In this document: in pieces, positions 62,788 through 64,000 of the stretch
Layout: each line of letters begins with the position of its first letter
Numbering within the stretch: the stretch's first letter is position 1
Notes under the pieces: model-generated
Seen by the model: only the letters and a program-made list of their open reading frames with translations
What the model was told of the DNA's origin: nothing
The model's database searches: none
Position numbers and translations under genes: made by a program
NCBI GenBank assembly: GCA_965655095.1
Contig: OZ296649.1
Span: 806,001-870,000 of the forward strand
Reading direction: 5' to 3'
Source: Haplodiscus bocki
Lineage: Eukaryota
Length of the DNA: 64,000 nt

Positions 62788-63966
62788 AACTGAATGGAGT
62801 GCTAGACAGGGTGACGCAAAGGCCCTCACAAAGCTCACAGAGAGTGGAGGCATCAAATATTAGCGGAGAAGAGAGAGACACCAGCAAAGGGCGCTGCAAG
62901 ATTCTGTCAAAGGAAACTTTCCGCATGAAAAAAGTGTACGGGGCAACTGAGCTTGGTAGGTTCGTCGTGACAGGACCATCAGACGCTGCCAATATGCCAA
63001 ACCATTTTTACTGTCGGGTGTGTCGGAAAAATGTCTCTGTGCTAGCACATGCTAACACATGGGCATCATGAAGTGTTGCGGAATTTGCAAGGGAGTCTTC
63101 ATTTTGCCCGTAATCAGCGCCTGCGTCTCGAAACACTTGGTTGGTGCGTGCTAGATTTTCACGGAAATCAGTTGAGCCAAGATGAGCTGGAGCGACAGAA
63201 GAGGAAATCAAGAAGGGTCCCCTTGTGGTGCGTGACCGTGAGCATCCGTTTGCGGAGGATTTGATCACTGATGGGGCTGGTGTTGTTGACCCGCAGTTAC
63301 CAGTTCTCACAAAAGTGTCTTGCTTGGTGGATGCGTTGAGGATGGAAGCAGCTATGAACTCGCTGAGAAGCTGTGGGCGCAGTTTGTGCTAGCCGCCGAG
63401 CAAGTCAACACTGAAGTAGCCTGGACTCGTGACGAAATTCTGGTAGGTTTTCGGAAGTAAATTTCCAGAGTCACTTCGCCTCATTCCAGATTAACATTGC
63501 TGTTTTGCTTTCAGTCAATCATTTTAACCGGAATGCCACCCCAAATTCTGTCACACATGGTTGGTTGGGCTAAGGCTCACCATTTGTACAGTTTTGAATT
63601 CCAGGAGCGTGGTGTGACATTGTGGGTTTTCATTCGGACGTGGGAGAAGGACACCTTCCGTCGAGTTGCCGTGACTGTGTCAGAACGTTTCTCCAGCGAA
63701 TCGATTCCACGCACAACTTGTCAGTGCTCGGGTCAGTTGTGGCTGCTGTGAGTGGTTCCGTGTCCCTTGTTGCTGTTTCTGGTGGCTCGCATAGGTTGGC
63801 TGACACTCACGGCGAGTATTTGGGAAGTGCGTACAATCGCAAGCTGGTTGAGTACCCAAAATTCAATTTGGTCCCGAAGCGATGCCTGCAAAAGGTATCT
63901 TCTTCCGTCTTAGGATCTTTGGGTCCGTTCTTCTCGATGACGGAGTTTTTTGTCACGCTCCGGTAG
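62788..63966 (+). pseudogene. Frameshifted, intron-containing gene with a C2H2/BED-like zinc finger (FYCRVCRKNVSVL.HGHHEVLRNLQGSLH); probably transposon-derived; runs off the window
   Basis: Consecutive ORF pieces 62583-63071, 63049-63264, 63497-63751 and 63622-63966; GT-AG intron 63443-63514 joins DEIL|SIILTGM in phase 0. Confidence 0.55.
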
Positions 63967-64000
63967 GGGGCTGAATGATGTCAGGTTCCGCTCTTGGTCG

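Overview
Eukaryotic (probably metazoan), repeat-dominated DNA with no intact host gene, tRNA, rRNA or CRISPR array. About 40% is a 28-bp tandem repeat (consensus TATAGTTCGGCAATGTATTAAGATAGGG). It occurs as a ~20.7-kb block (12.8-33.5 kb) made of two sub-arrays with different kilobase higher-order repeats (2586 bp and ~2495 bp), plus several short arrays. Nearly every array is attached to a conserved non-repetitive head and/or tail with a CACAGGCG-type terminus, which suggests the satellite is cargo of a non-autonomous DNA transposon; two copies form a ~2-kb head-to-head palindrome at 45-47 kb. Between the arrays lie decayed Maverick/Polinton relics: protein-primed PolB of two families, an A32-like packaging ATPase, a DEDD-like gene and small ORF clusters present twice. 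There are also two related Gypsy-type LTRs with a long ORF inside the LTR (a solo LTR with a near-perfect 5-bp TSD, and a 3' LTR with PPT), probable Harbinger and non-LTR RT relics, and a frameshifted intron-containing zinc-finger gene at the right end. All protein calls come from manual motif reading of degenerate frames, not database searches, and fragment boundaries are approximate.
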